Shown here piece after piece: positions 20,625 through 29,305 of a stretch of DNA of 63,254 bases. This DNA comes from a virus. Lineage: Duplodnaviria > Caudoviricetes. The notes beneath the pieces were generated by a model. The model was not told the origin of the DNA and searched no databases. It saw nothing but the letters and a program-made list of their open reading frames with translations. Each line of letters begins with the position of its first letter. The first letter of the stretch is position 1. The stretch is from IMG/VR virus record IMGVR_UViG_3300049144_000047, positions 1 through 63,254 of that record. One strand, given 5' to 3'. Position numbers and translations under genes: made by a program.

Positions 20625-21187
20625 CAGACGTCGACTACGACCTGGAGTTCATCGAGTACCGAACTGGCTGGCTCCGGAAGCGGTACACGATCGACCTGAT
20701 CTCCATCGCGCTCGTATCTGATGACGGCCGCACCTACTACGCCGTCAACCGCGACATGCCCGTCCGCCGCATCCGCAAGCACAAGTGGCTGATGGAGAAC
20801 GTCGTTCCAAGCCTGCCGAAAGGGCACGGGGACCGGCGCAATCACGTGCCGAAGTCCTGGCTGTTCGACTACGCCGACCCGGTCGTGAAGCCTCAAACGC
20901 AGATCGCCCGCGAGGTGGCTGCGTTCATCCAGACCACCAACGACGTCGCCCTGTGGGCCAACTACGGCGCATACGACCACGTCCGCCTGTGCTGGCTGTG
21001 GGGCCTCATGGTTGACCTGCCGCCCGGCGTGCCGATGTTCACCAACGACATCCAGCAGGAAGCCCGCCGCCAGGGGCTCGGCTGGGACGAACTCCCCAAG
21101 CAAGAGTCCAGCGAGCACAACGCGCTCGCCGACGCCCGACACAACCAGACCGTCCGGCGATGGCTCGTCGAACAGGCAGTCCGATGA
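20621..21187 (+). CDS. 3'-5' exoribonuclease (RNase AS/Rv2179c-like DEDDh)
   Basis: DLEF, LISIALV, YGAYDHV, HNALADA. Confidence 0.8.
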   Translation: MTDVDYDLEFIEYRTGWLRKRYTIDLISIALVSDDGRTYYAVNRDMPVRRIRKHKWLMENVVPSLPKGHGDRRNHVPKSWLFDYADPVVKPQTQIAREVAAFIQTTNDVALWANYGAYDHVRLCWLWGLMVDLPPGVPMFTNDIQQEARRQGLGWDELPKQESSEHNALADARHNQTVRRWLVEQAVR

Positions 21188-21384
21188 GCCGCCCGTTCAC
21201 CCCGCGCCGGGTGGCAATGGTGCATTACGCGCTGGCCGGGGTGTGGGCGCTCCTGCTGATCCCGACGCTCGTCCTCTGGAAGCAGAGCGTCCTCTGGGTC
21301 GCCGCGATGTCGCTCTACGCCAACCTCGTCGGGCACCTCTCCGCAGCCAAGGCATCCCGAGCCGAGCAGGAAGCCGAGGACTGA
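21184..21384 (+). CDS. Small two-TM membrane protein
   Basis: Two hydrophobic segments; ATGA overlap. Confidence 0.6.
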   Translation: MSRPFTPRRVAMVHYALAGVWALLLIPTLVLWKQSVLWVAAMSLYANLVGHLSAAKASRAEQEAED

Positions 21385-21738
21385 ATGATCGTGAACCTGA
21401 CGCCGCACCCGATCCGGATCTACGCCGACGACCGGCCCGACGGCATCGACGACCTCGAACCCAGCCTCCGCCTCGTCATCGAGCCAGAGGACACGCCCGC
21501 CCGGCTCAGCATGGTGCCGCTCAGCAGTGACAACCTGGACGGCATCACGGTCGAGGTCGTCGAATACGGGCGCGCCGTCGGCATCCCGCCCGAGCGGGCG
21601 GGCGTGTGGTGCGTCGTCTCCCTGCCCGTCGCCCTGGCCCTCACGCCGAAGCGCAGCGACCTGCTCGTCCCCTACCGCGAAGTCCGCAACGCCTCCGGAA
21701 CCGCCATCGGCTGCCGCCAACTCGCCCAGCCCATCTGA
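21385..21738 (+). CDS. Hypothetical protein
   Basis: IVNLTPHPI..RSDLLVP..GC, a motif pattern common in phage proteins. Confidence 0.6.
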   Translation: MIVNLTPHPIRIYADDRPDGIDDLEPSLRLVIEPEDTPARLSMVPLSSDNLDGITVEVVEYGRAVGIPPERAGVWCVVSLPVALALTPKRSDLLVPYREVRNASGTAIGCRQLAQPI

Positions 21739-21752
21739 GAAACGAGACACCC

Positions 21753-22136
21753 ATGCGCATATTCGGCAGAGAGCCCGTCTACATCCTGGCCGCGATCGCG
21801 ATCGCCCTGAAGCTGGCAGCGGCCTACGGGCTGGACGTCAGCGGCGACCAGCAGGCACTCATCAACACCGTGCTGTCCTGCATCGTCGCCGTCGCCTCCG
21901 CGATCGTCCTGCGCAACGGTGCGCTCGGCGCGGCGGTCCTGCAGCTCGCATCGGCCGGGCTGGCCCTGTTCGTCGGCTTCGGCCTCGACCTGTCCGCAGA
22001 GCAGCAGGCCGGGTGGATGTCCCTCGTCGCCGCGATCCTCGCGCTCTTCGAGCATCGCGAGGTCACCGCCCCCGTACCGGCAGTGCGGCTCGAACAGTCC
22101 AGCCCCGTCAAGGCATCACCCGTCCAGGGCGTCTGA
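21753..22136 (+). CDS. Holin
   Basis: MRIFGREP start, four TM segments, lysis cassette. Confidence 0.75.
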   Translation: MRIFGREPVYILAAIAIALKLAAAYGLDVSGDQQALINTVLSCIVAVASAIVLRNGALGAAVLQLASAGLALFVGFGLDLSAEQQAGWMSLVAAILALFEHREVTAPVPAVRLEQSSPVKASPVQGV

Positions 22137-22148
22137 TCGGAGCAGCGC

Positions 22149-22496
22149 GTGGCCGACGAGCCAACACTCGGGGAGGTCGCCAGACGCCTTGAGGCCATCC
22201 ACGCCGACCTCAAGGAAGACCTCCGCGAGTACGGCGCCCGGCTGGAGAAAAAGGTCAGCGTCGAACGGTACGAGCTGGAACGGCGCGGCGCCGACGACGT
22301 ACACCGGCAGGTCATAGAGCGGGTGGCGGCCATCGAGGTGGAGCGCGCGCAGGAGAAACGAGACGCCGAACAGGAACGACGCAAGGCTGAGGACCAGCGA
22401 CGCGCCGACAAGCGGCTCATCCTCACCGGGCTGATCGTGCCGGTACTCCTCGTGCTGCTGCAGGTTTACCTCTCGGCGAGGGGAGCGGGCGCGTGA
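22149..22496 (+). CDS. Coiled-coil membrane protein
   Basis: Coiled coil with C-terminal TM. Confidence 0.7.
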   Translation: MADEPTLGEVARRLEAIHADLKEDLREYGARLEKKVSVERYELERRGADDVHRQVIERVAAIEVERAQEKRDAEQERRKAEDQRRADKRLILTGLIVPVLLVLLQVYLSARGAGA

Positions 22497-23158
22497 GTGC
22501 TCACAGCTCCCCAGCAAAGGCACGCCGCCGCGCCGACGTCTGGTTCGTGCTCGCTTCAATGTTCGCGCTCGCCGTACTGTCGTGGATCGTCATCACCATG
22601 CAGCAGATGTCCCACGACCTGCGCACAGCCAACGAAGCACGCGACGCTCTGGCCTCGCAAGTACAGCGCCTCGGCGGCAAGCCGGTAGCCGGCCCGCCGG
22701 GTAGCCGCGGCGAGTCCATCGTCGGCCCCCGCGGCCCCAAAGGTGATCAGGGCGAGCCTGGACCCTCCGGCCCGCCCGGACCTCCTGGACCATCAGGTTC
22801 GCCTGGCAAGGCCGGCGCGGCTGGCGAGAACGGCAGCGACGGCGCAGCAGGCTCGACCGGCGAACCTGGCGACGTGGGCGCCACCGGCCCGGCGGGGCCT
22901 GCCGGACCCGCTGGTCCTCAAGGACCGCAGGGCGAACCCGGCCCGGCCGGACCGCAAGGCGACCCGGGACCCGCCGGCCAGGACGGCAAAGACGGGACCG
23001 ACGGGCAGACCTGCCCCGACGGCTACTCGCTGCAGGCTCCGTCCTACGATCCGGACGCTCTCGTCTGCCGCAAGGACGGCGCCCCCGACCCTCAGCCCGG
23101 CAACGGCTCCGGGAACCCGGCCGGCGCCCTCGACCCGCAACGCCGCCAGTACCAATAG
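22493..23158 (+). CDS. Membrane-anchored collagen-like protein
   Basis: N-terminal TM, long Gly-X-Y tract, CPDGY..DALVC. Confidence 0.8.
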   Translation: MSAHSSPAKARRRADVWFVLASMFALAVLSWIVITMQQMSHDLRTANEARDALASQVQRLGGKPVAGPPGSRGESIVGPRGPKGDQGEPGPSGPPGPPGPSGSPGKAGAAGENGSDGAAGSTGEPGDVGATGPAGPAGPAGPQGPQGEPGPAGPQGDPGPAGQDGKDGTDGQTCPDGYSLQAPSYDPDALVCRKDGAPDPQPGNGSGNPAGALDPQRRQYQ

Positions 23159-23166
23159 GAGAACGC

Positions 23167-23460
23167 ATGCCTGAAGCCGTGCAGCGGGAGCCGCGCCGCG
23201 ACGACAGCGCGGCCGACGCGAAAAGCCTGGAACGGATGGGCCGCATCGAGGAACAGCCGATCCCGGCAGCCCCCGCCGAACTCGCGGCGGAACCCTCAGC
23301 GGAGGACACAGCCGAGCTGCAGGAAGCACTCGTAGGCGCCGGCGTCACCGCAACCGCAGCGGACCACGCTGCGATGCAGGCCCTCGGGCAACTCGACGCC
23401 GCCACGCTCGAAACCGTCACCCGCTGGGTCCAGTCGAAGCCCGGCAAGGCCAGCAAGTAG
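23167..23460 (+). CDS. Hypothetical protein
   Basis: RBS aggaga, high GC3. Confidence 0.6.
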   Translation: MPEAVQREPRRDDSAADAKSLERMGRIEEQPIPAAPAELAAEPSAEDTAELQEALVGAGVTATAADHAAMQALGQLDAATLETVTRWVQSKPGKASK

Positions 23461-23470
23461 GAGACGCCCT

Positions 23471-23575
23471 GTGCCCGAAGAGACCCCCGAGACGGCGACA
23501 CCGTTCTGGCTGTCGCCGCGCCCGTTCCTCGAACCGCCACCCATGCCGCCAGCCGAAGAGCCAGCCGCCGAGTGA
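23471..23575 (+). CDS. 34-aa proline-rich peptide
   Basis: RBS aggaga, GTG start, ends before terminator hairpin. Confidence 0.45.
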   Translation: MPEETPETATPFWLSPRPFLEPPPMPPAEEPAAE

Positions 23576-23578
23576 GGA

Positions 23579-23608
23579 CGCCCCTCCTGCCTTCGGGCGG
23601 GAGGGGCG
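23579..23608. terminator. Hairpin terminator ending late operon
   Basis: cgcccctcctgcc-ttcg-ggcgggaggggcg. Confidence 0.65.
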
Positions 23609-23682
23609 CTTCGTCGTGTAATCGCCACCGCCCCCGCCACCTCGCCGCAACGGCGGGGGAGCGGGGGCGGACTGTTGTGGTG

Positions 23683-23943
23683 TCAGGCTGGCGGCATCCC
23701 GCTGCCCAGGAAGGTCACGCCTCCGCCGGCGTCTTTGCCAGGAACGATGCTGCCTTCCTTGCCATCCGAGAGTCGTAGTACTGCACGGTTCCCGTTGACG
23801 AGCTTGAAGCGGAGGGCGGGATCCTCGGAGTCGAGCGTGCCAGCCCACCGCTTGGCGATGCTGTCGACGGTGAATCGTGCGTATGCGGGGATCTCCTCGC
23901 CGTCGATGACGACCAAGGCCTCGCTCTCGAAGTTCTGAGCCAT
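23683..23943 (-). CDS. Hypothetical protein (DUF4873-like)
   Basis: WAGTL..AVLRLSDGKEG; promoter motif just upstream. Confidence 0.55.
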   Translation of the reverse strand: MAQNFESEALVVIDGEEIPAYARFTVDSIAKRWAGTLDSEDPALRFKLVNGNRAVLRLSDGKEGSIVPGKDAGGGVTFLGSGMPPA

Positions 23944-23949
23944 GGGGCA

Positions 23950-23971
23950 AGTCTGCCGGTCGCCACTGACA
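23950..23971 (-). promoter_or_regulatory. RecA-independent (RecA-NDp/PafBC-type) DNA-damage promoter, near match
   Basis: TGTCAG-N10-CAGACT, 6 nt before ATG. Confidence 0.55.
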
Positions 23972-23994
23972 GTTGGGGGGCCGTCCGATTGAAG

Positions 23995-24021
23995 TAGCGC
24001 ATAACGTTCCCTTATGCGCTA
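23995..24021. repeat. dif/lox-like inverted repeat, candidate recombinase site
   Basis: TAGCGCATAA-cgttccc-TTATGCGCTA. Confidence 0.6.
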
Positions 24022-24031
24022 GAATTTGACT

Positions 24032-24472
24032 ATGCCTCAGCCCCTTGGAGACGCCGCCAAGCAGGCGTCAGATATAGCTCCGGTCGAGTTCCTGTACGGC
24101 ATCGAAGCCGGGCACGAGGAACTCAACGACTGGGTGCCCACACGGGTCGTTCGTTTCCGCGTGACCAAGAAGACTGCGAAGCGGGTCTACTACCTGCCGG
24201 AAGGTCGACCCGAGCGATCCCAGACGCAGCGCTTCGTGGACAGGGCCATCCTCGAACGGAATGGCCAGGTCACCCGAAGGTCGGCTGGCTGGTGGGAGGC
24301 CGACCTGACGGTGTACCTCGATCCGCCCGTCATCGAGCAGGCGCGGCGCCCCGACCTCACCGAGCTGAAGGCAGCCATGGCCGCAGCGCACCCCGACCGT
24401 GGCGGAACTGATGAAGCGTTCATCGCCGCGCGCCAGCGTTACGAGCGGGCCCAGATGGCGGCGAGCGCGTGA
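24032..24472 (+). CDS. Hypothetical protein with C-terminal truncated J-domain
   Basis: HPDRGGTDEAF..Y. Confidence 0.6.
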   Translation: MPQPLGDAAKQASDIAPVEFLYGIEAGHEELNDWVPTRVVRFRVTKKTAKRVYYLPEGRPERSQTQRFVDRAILERNGQVTRRSAGWWEADLTVYLDPPVIEQARRPDLTELKAAMAAAHPDRGGTDEAFIAARQRYERAQMAASA

Positions 24473-24744
24473 CCGAGCCCTACGACCCGATGCCGGATCT
24501 CATCGACCGGGCGGAGAAGCGCATCGACGGTGTCAGTCAGTTGAAGGATGTCGCCCGCCTTGCCCTCCGCTGGCACCGACCGGTGCTGACGTGGGTAACC
24601 GACGGCGTCACCAAGGATCCCGAGACCGGAGAAATGCTTTACAAGGCGGCCACAGTGTGCGCCTGCGGCATCGGCGAGTTCCCCTGCGGCTACCGGCAGC
24701 AGCTCACCGCCGTCTTCGGCGTGGTGGAGGAGTACCAACCGTGA
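24469..24744 (+). CDS. Hypothetical protein
   Basis: GTGA coupling at both ends; CAC..FPC. Confidence 0.6.
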   Translation: MTEPYDPMPDLIDRAEKRIDGVSQLKDVARLALRWHRPVLTWVTDGVTKDPETGEMLYKAATVCACGIGEFPCGYRQQLTAVFGVVEEYQP

Positions 24745-25892
24745 CCGACTACCTCCCCACCCAGGCGACCGGGCAGTCGATCGCGCTGCCCGGCTCGGAC
24801 CTGTTCGAGGAAGTCCGCCGCAAGCTCGTAGACGACCTCGGCATGGTGCAGGTCGACCGGCGCGGGCAGGAGCGCATCTACCGGCCCCGCGCCGAACTGC
24901 TCGCTGAAGCCGTCACCCCCGAGACGTTCGTCATGGTCATGGACTGGCTGTCTTCCACCCGGCGCGGCAGCCTCCAGACCAAGCGGAACTACGTCGACGA
25001 CATCCGCCGCGTCTGGGGCGCCTACGCGCAGGAGCTCGGCCACGAGCGGTTCGCTCTCGGGTGCTTCACCGCCGACCACATCCGCGCCTGGCGTCTGCGC
25101 ATGGAGGGCCGCGACGCTCCGCCGACGACGATCTCCCGCTACCTCAACGCGCTCTCCTCGCTCCACACCTACGCAGCCGAGAAGATCGACCTCCCCAAGA
25201 ACCCCGTCACCCAAGACGACCGGCCCAAAGTCGACAAGGGCAACACCTCCCGCAGCACGCCTGTACTGGAGGTCGAGGAGATCCAGACCGTCGCCAACGC
25301 CGCAGAGAACGAGTTCGACGCCCTCGTCGTCCTCCTCCTCTACACCCTCGCCGGACGCGTCACCGAAATGGTCGCCGCCGACGTCACCGACCGCATCGAA
25401 CGCGGGCGCCGTTCCTACCTCGACGTCACCCGCAAGGAACACAAGGAACGCATCCTCCCGCTACCCGTCACCGTCGCCGAACTCCTCGACGCCCACACCG
25501 CGGGCCGCACCGAAGGGCCGCTCCTCCTCGACGCCGACGGCCGCCGGCTCGACCGACACGACGTCGCCCGGCTCCTCACCCGCCTCGGACGCAAAGCCCG
25601 CGTCCTCACCTGCGGCAAGGTCGACGGCCCGGACAAGCACACCTTCACCAAGTGCAAGGTCTGCCGCAAGCTCACCCCTCACGTCCTCCGCGCATCCCGC
25701 ATCACCCACATGCTCGACGCCGGCGAACCCCTCGCCGAAGTCCAAGCCTTCGCCGACCACGACAACCCCGCCACCACCGTCGGCTACTGGAACCGCCGCA
25801 ACAAGGGTCAACGCAACGCCGCCCACGTCGACGCAGCCGAGGCGCTCTTTGAGGGGATCGCTGGCCGATTCCGGAAGGAAGGAACCTCGTGA
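24741..25892 (+). CDS. Xer-like tyrosine recombinase
   Basis: AGRVTE, HVLR, ADH, TTVGY catalytic residues; SAM-like N-domain. Confidence 0.88.
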   Translation: MTDYLPTQATGQSIALPGSDLFEEVRRKLVDDLGMVQVDRRGQERIYRPRAELLAEAVTPETFVMVMDWLSSTRRGSLQTKRNYVDDIRRVWGAYAQELGHERFALGCFTADHIRAWRLRMEGRDAPPTTISRYLNALSSLHTYAAEKIDLPKNPVTQDDRPKVDKGNTSRSTPVLEVEEIQTVANAAENEFDALVVLLLYTLAGRVTEMVAADVTDRIERGRRSYLDVTRKEHKERILPLPVTVAELLDAHTAGRTEGPLLLDADGRRLDRHDVARLLTRLGRKARVLTCGKVDGPDKHTFTKCKVCRKLTPHVLRASRITHMLDAGEPLAEVQAFADHDNPATTVGYWNRRNKGQRNAAHVDAAEALFEGIAGRFRKEGTS

Positions 25893-26224
25893 CCCTGGAG
25901 ATCCGCCCCACCGAAGACCCGAACCTCTTCCACCTCTACGACGACGTCACTGGCGAGGAGATCGGCGAACTCGTCAACCCGCCCGACGACGATGACGACG
26001 CCCCGGAGGACGACCCGCCGTACTGGACTGCCGAGATCTGGAGCCAGATGGGCACCGGCAAGACGTGGGACGCAAGCAGCGAAAGCTTCGACGAGATCAA
26101 GCAGTACGCGCGCGAGATATACGAGGAGTTCGCTGCCGAGCGGCGCGAGCTGAGCAAGGGCTCCCGCATCTGGACGACGGGCAGTGTCCCGATGGGCGGA
26201 AAGCCTGGGTGGCGCCGCCGCTAG
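25889..26224 (+). CDS. Hypothetical acidic protein
   Basis: Coupled to recombinase gene. Confidence 0.6.
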   Translation: MTLEIRPTEDPNLFHLYDDVTGEEIGELVNPPDDDDDAPEDDPPYWTAEIWSQMGTGKTWDASSESFDEIKQYAREIYEEFAAERRELSKGSRIWTTGSVPMGGKPGWRRR

Positions 26225-26305
26225 ATGCCGCTCGTGCCACACTGTCCGCAGGCCCCGCCGGGCTCCCCCGTCTCGGCGGGGCTTCTGCTTGGGGTGGAGG
26301 GTTGC

Positions 26306-26674
26306 ATGGCTGACGCGTTGCGGGAGCTGTTGAAGGCGCGGCGGGGGGAACTGGGCTTGTCGTACCAGTCGCTTGCCGCAGCCTGCTCAGGCGCCGGGTC
26401 GGGCGCCTCGGTATCGACGGGCTGGCTGCACCGATTGGAGACCGGGGCTCCGGTCGTTGCGCCGAGCGCTGAGGTTCTGACGGCCTTGGCGGCCGGCCTG
26501 CGGCTGGAGACGGTGCGGCTACGGGAGGCCGCTGCCGCGCAGTTCTTCGGTCTCCGCTTGCCGTGGGCAGCGTCGGGGGAGGCAGCTGAGCTGCTGGAGC
26601 AGGTGGCGGTCTTGCCGGAGGACCAGCGGCGTGCACTGCTTGATCTGATTCAGGTGATGGCGAAGAACCGGTGA
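26306..26674 (+). CDS. XRE-family HTH regulator
   Basis: RRGELGLSYQSLA..WLHRLETG. Confidence 0.75.
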   Translation: MADALRELLKARRGELGLSYQSLAAACSGAGSGASVSTGWLHRLETGAPVVAPSAEVLTALAAGLRLETVRLREAAAAQFFGLRLPWAASGEAAELLEQVAVLPEDQRRALLDLIQVMAKNR

Positions 26675-26768
26675 CGGGACGCCTGCCTCGCATCCCCCGT
26701 CGAGGCAGGCGCTTGCTGCGTCAGCTGCTGATGCGCTTCCAGTAGGCGGTGGCGCCGGCGCCGAGCTG

Positions 26769-27050
26769 TCAGCCGCCTTGGCGTTCCTGCGTCTTCTCTA
26801 TCCAGAGGTCGCGGACGCTGGTGGTGAGGGTGCCTTCTTGCTGCTCGTAGTGGGAGAGGGCGAGGCCGAGGAATGTGGGCGCCCATTCGCCGACGAAGAT
26901 GCCCCACCGGTCGGCGCGGGCGAGGCCGCCGATGGGTTCGGCTTTGAGGCTGGTGCCCCAGGTGGCGACGGAGAGGCCGATGGAGGTTACGCCTGCGAGG
27001 TAGGCGTGTTCGCTGCGGATGCCCATTTCGTGAAGTCTCTTGATGATCAT
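26769..27050 (-). CDS. Small membrane-associated hypothetical protein
   Basis: RADRWGIFVGEWAPTF; RBS ggag. Confidence 0.6.
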   Translation of the reverse strand: MIIKRLHEMGIRSEHAYLAGVTSIGLSVATWGTSLKAEPIGGLARADRWGIFVGEWAPTFLGLALSHYEQQEGTLTTSVRDLWIEKTQERQGG

Positions 27051-27190
27051 TGCGGCTCCGTTGGGGTGAGGGGCTATGTGTGGCCGTGTTCCTCATCCCG
27101 CCCCGCCTATTCGCACCATTCGCCCCGGTATGAGCGTTTGCGGGTCGCGGCATAGGCTGATGCTGCTCGGGGCTCACGCGGAGGTCAGCC

Positions 27191-28048
27191 ATGCCCCGAA
27201 CCATCTGGAGCGGAGCCATCTCGTTTGGCCTGGTCACGGTGCCTATCCACGTCCAGTCCGCCACCGAGAACCACTCGATCCAGTTCCACCAGTACCACCT
27301 GGAGGACATGGGCCGGGTGCGGGTGAAGAAGGTGTGCGAGATCGAGGACCGCGAGATCGCCCAGTCGGAGATCGGCAAAGGCTACGAGTACGCCAAAGAC
27401 AAGGTCGTGGCCATCAGCGACGCGGAGTTGCGCGACCTGCCGCTGCCGACGGCGAAGGCCATCGAGATCGAGGCGTTCGTGCCCCTCGACTCCATCGACC
27501 CGATCCAGATCGGTGACGGCTACTACCTCGCCCCCGACGGCCAGGTCGCCGCGAAGCCCTACAAGCTGCTCGTCCAGGCGCTCGGCCGCTCGTCGAAGGT
27601 GGCCATCGCCAAGTAGGCCTGGTCGGGCCGAGAACGCCTCGGCCTGCTGAGGGTGCGGGACAACGTGATCGTGCTGCACGCCATGCACTGGCCGGACGAG
27701 ATCCGCGACCCCGCCTCACTCCTCCCGCCACCCACCGAAGTGTCCGAGGAGGAGATCGAGCGGGCAGTCGCCCTCATGGAGATGATGGCCCGCGACGACC
27801 TCGAAGGCCCCGAGTTCGAAGACGCCTACACCGACGCCATCGCCAAAATCATCGAAGCGAAGCGGGAGGACCGTGAGCTGCCGGAGGTGCGGGAGCCTGA
27901 GCGGCCGGCGGAAGTACTCGACCTGATGGCCGCCCTGCAGGAGTCCGTGTCGAAGGCCAAGGCCTCCCGCGGCGAGGACACCAGCGCACACGAGCCGCCG
28001 AAGAAGACCGCGGCTAAGGAGACGGCCCGGAAGTCGCGGTCCGCCTAG
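27191..28048 (+). pseudogene. ku: Ku (NHEJ end-binding) gene with in-frame TAG at 27614-27616
   Basis: IWSGAISFGLV start, YYLAPD, DLMAALQES; same frame on both sides of the TAG. Confidence 0.85.
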
Positions 28049-28371
28049 TCCTTCACGATCCCGAGCACCTTGTCGGGCCGGCAGTGCTCGCAGGGGTGCT
28101 GGAAGCCGGGGTCTTTGATCAGCGCGTACTGGGCCTTCGTGGCGTCGAGCGTGGTGACCGGTTTGCTGATCTTGGGGCAGTGGGCGGTGTGGATGGTGAC
28201 CCCGACGGCCGAGCCGGCCTTGCGCTCCTGCTCGGTGACGTAGCCGCCCGTCGCCCGGGTCTGCCGCTCGACCTGCTCGATCCGGTGCCTGGTTTGGCGC
28301 AGCTGCCAGTCGAGCCACTCCTCCACAGCGCGGAGCTTGGCGAGACGCTCAACAGGCGACAGGTCGGACAT
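28045..28371 (-). CDS. DUF6233-like Zn-binding protein
   Basis: IHTAHC..CEHCRPD. Confidence 0.7.
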   Translation of the reverse strand: MSDLSPVERLAKLRAVEEWLDWQLRQTRHRIEQVERQTRATGGYVTEQERKAGSAVGVTIHTAHCPKISKPVTTLDATKAQYALIKDPGFQHPCEHCRPDKVLGIVKD

Positions 28372-28379
28372 GTGTTCGA
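28364..28379. promoter_or_regulatory. LexA (SOS) box
   Basis: TCGGAC-ATGT-GTTCGA, one mismatch to actinobacterial TCGAAC-N4-GTTCGA; overlaps start codon. Confidence 0.7.
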
Positions 28380-28428
28380 TGGTAGGGGGTAGGCTGCACG
28401 CCAGCACACCGGGGGCAGGGAGGACGAC

Positions 28429-28626
28429 GTGAACGACGAGCGCTACCACCTCACCCTCACCGCCGCAGGCCGGCCGATGATGCAAGGCTGGTGGGGGAAC
28501 GAGGAGACGCCGCGCGGCATGATCCCCGTCTGGGTCGGCAGCTGGGGCGACCTCCCGGACGCCCGAGTCACCCTCTTCGACGAGGAGACCGGCGAGACGT
28601 TGACGACCTGGCCGGGCGAGGCCTGA
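28429..28626 (+). CDS. Hypothetical protein
   Basis: RBS ggagg; MQGWW..TTWP. Confidence 0.6.
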   Translation: MNDERYHLTLTAAGRPMMQGWWGNEETPRGMIPVWVGSWGDLPDARVTLFDEETGETLTTWPGEA

Positions 28627-28765
28627 CTGTCTGGGATCCTGGCGTCATGAGCGACGAGACGGATACGGCCACGCTGCAGGACGACGACGGCTTCGAGGAT
28701 GTCCTAGGTGAAGAGGTAGACGCCCCGCTCGTTGACGAGTACCGCCTGTCGACGCGCCCCGGCGT

Positions 28766-28787
28766 TGTCAGTGGCGGCGGCTAGGCT
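28766..28787 (+). promoter_or_regulatory. RecA-NDp/PafBC-type DNA-damage promoter
   Basis: TGTCAGTG-N8-TAGGCT. Confidence 0.65.
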
Positions 28788-28825
28788 GGCCATGTTCATA
28801 TCAGCAGCAGCTGGCGCTAACGCTG

Positions 28826-28859
28826 AAGCCCCGCCCGGGACAGCGACCGGGCGGGGCTT
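28826..28859. terminator. Hairpin terminator, probably bidirectional
   Basis: aagccccgcccgg..ccgggcggggctt. Confidence 0.65.
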
Positions 28860-28866
28860 GCTGCTG

Positions 28867-29073
28867 TCACGCCTCGGCAGGCTCCGTGTGCCGCACCTTC
28901 TTCTTCAAGGCCATCTCCGCCGTGTACCGGTCGATGCCCGCCTCTGCCGCGAACGCGGTGACCCGCTCCTGCACGGTCTGCGCCGTCTCGACGGTGAGCC
29001 GCCCGGCCTGGATCTCCGCCCAGGCGGTCGTCTCCAGCGCGATCAGATCCTCGGGGAAGTCGATGTCAGCCAC
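28867..29073 (-). CDS. Hypothetical protein
   Basis: High-GC3 ORF downstream of 29083-29271. Confidence 0.6.
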   Translation of the reverse strand: MADIDFPEDLIALETTAWAEIQAGRLTVETAQTVQERVTAFAAEAGIDRYTAEMALKKKVRHTEPAEA

Positions 29074-29082
29074 CGCAGGATC

Positions 29083-29271
29083 TTAAGCCGCTTCGACGAT
29101 GCTCTCGCGCAGGCGTTCGGCCGCGTCGGCGAGCATCCACTCCGCGACCAGCTGCTCGTACCGCTCCCGCGAGGGCCCGTACAGCCAGCCGCCGCACGCC
29201 AGGACGAGCGCCCGGATCTCCTCATTCACCACAGCCGCAGGCCTGCCGCGGGGGAGAGGGGTGGGGATCAT
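29083..29271 (-). CDS. Hypothetical protein, probably leaderless
   Basis: VNEEIRALV..YEQLVAEW. Confidence 0.6.
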   Translation of the reverse strand: MIPTPLPRGRPAAVVNEEIRALVLACGGWLYGPSRERYEQLVAEWMLADAAERLRESIVEAA

Positions 29272-29278
29272 GCCGCCG

Positions 29279-29300
29279 ATTCTAGAGCGCAGGTCTGACA
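29279..29300 (-). promoter_or_regulatory. RecA-NDp/PafBC-type DNA-damage promoter
   Basis: TGTCAG-N10-TAGAAT, 7 nt before ATG. Confidence 0.65.
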
Positions 29301-29305
29301 GGGGG

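Noticed and set aside
22690-23010. GC-rich periodic DNA
   Set aside because: Explained by collagen Gly-X-Y codons
27614-27616. Genome-wide amber recoding
   Set aside because: TAG is used as a normal stop elsewhere (e.g. 432, 5108, 7117) and no suppressor tRNA was seen
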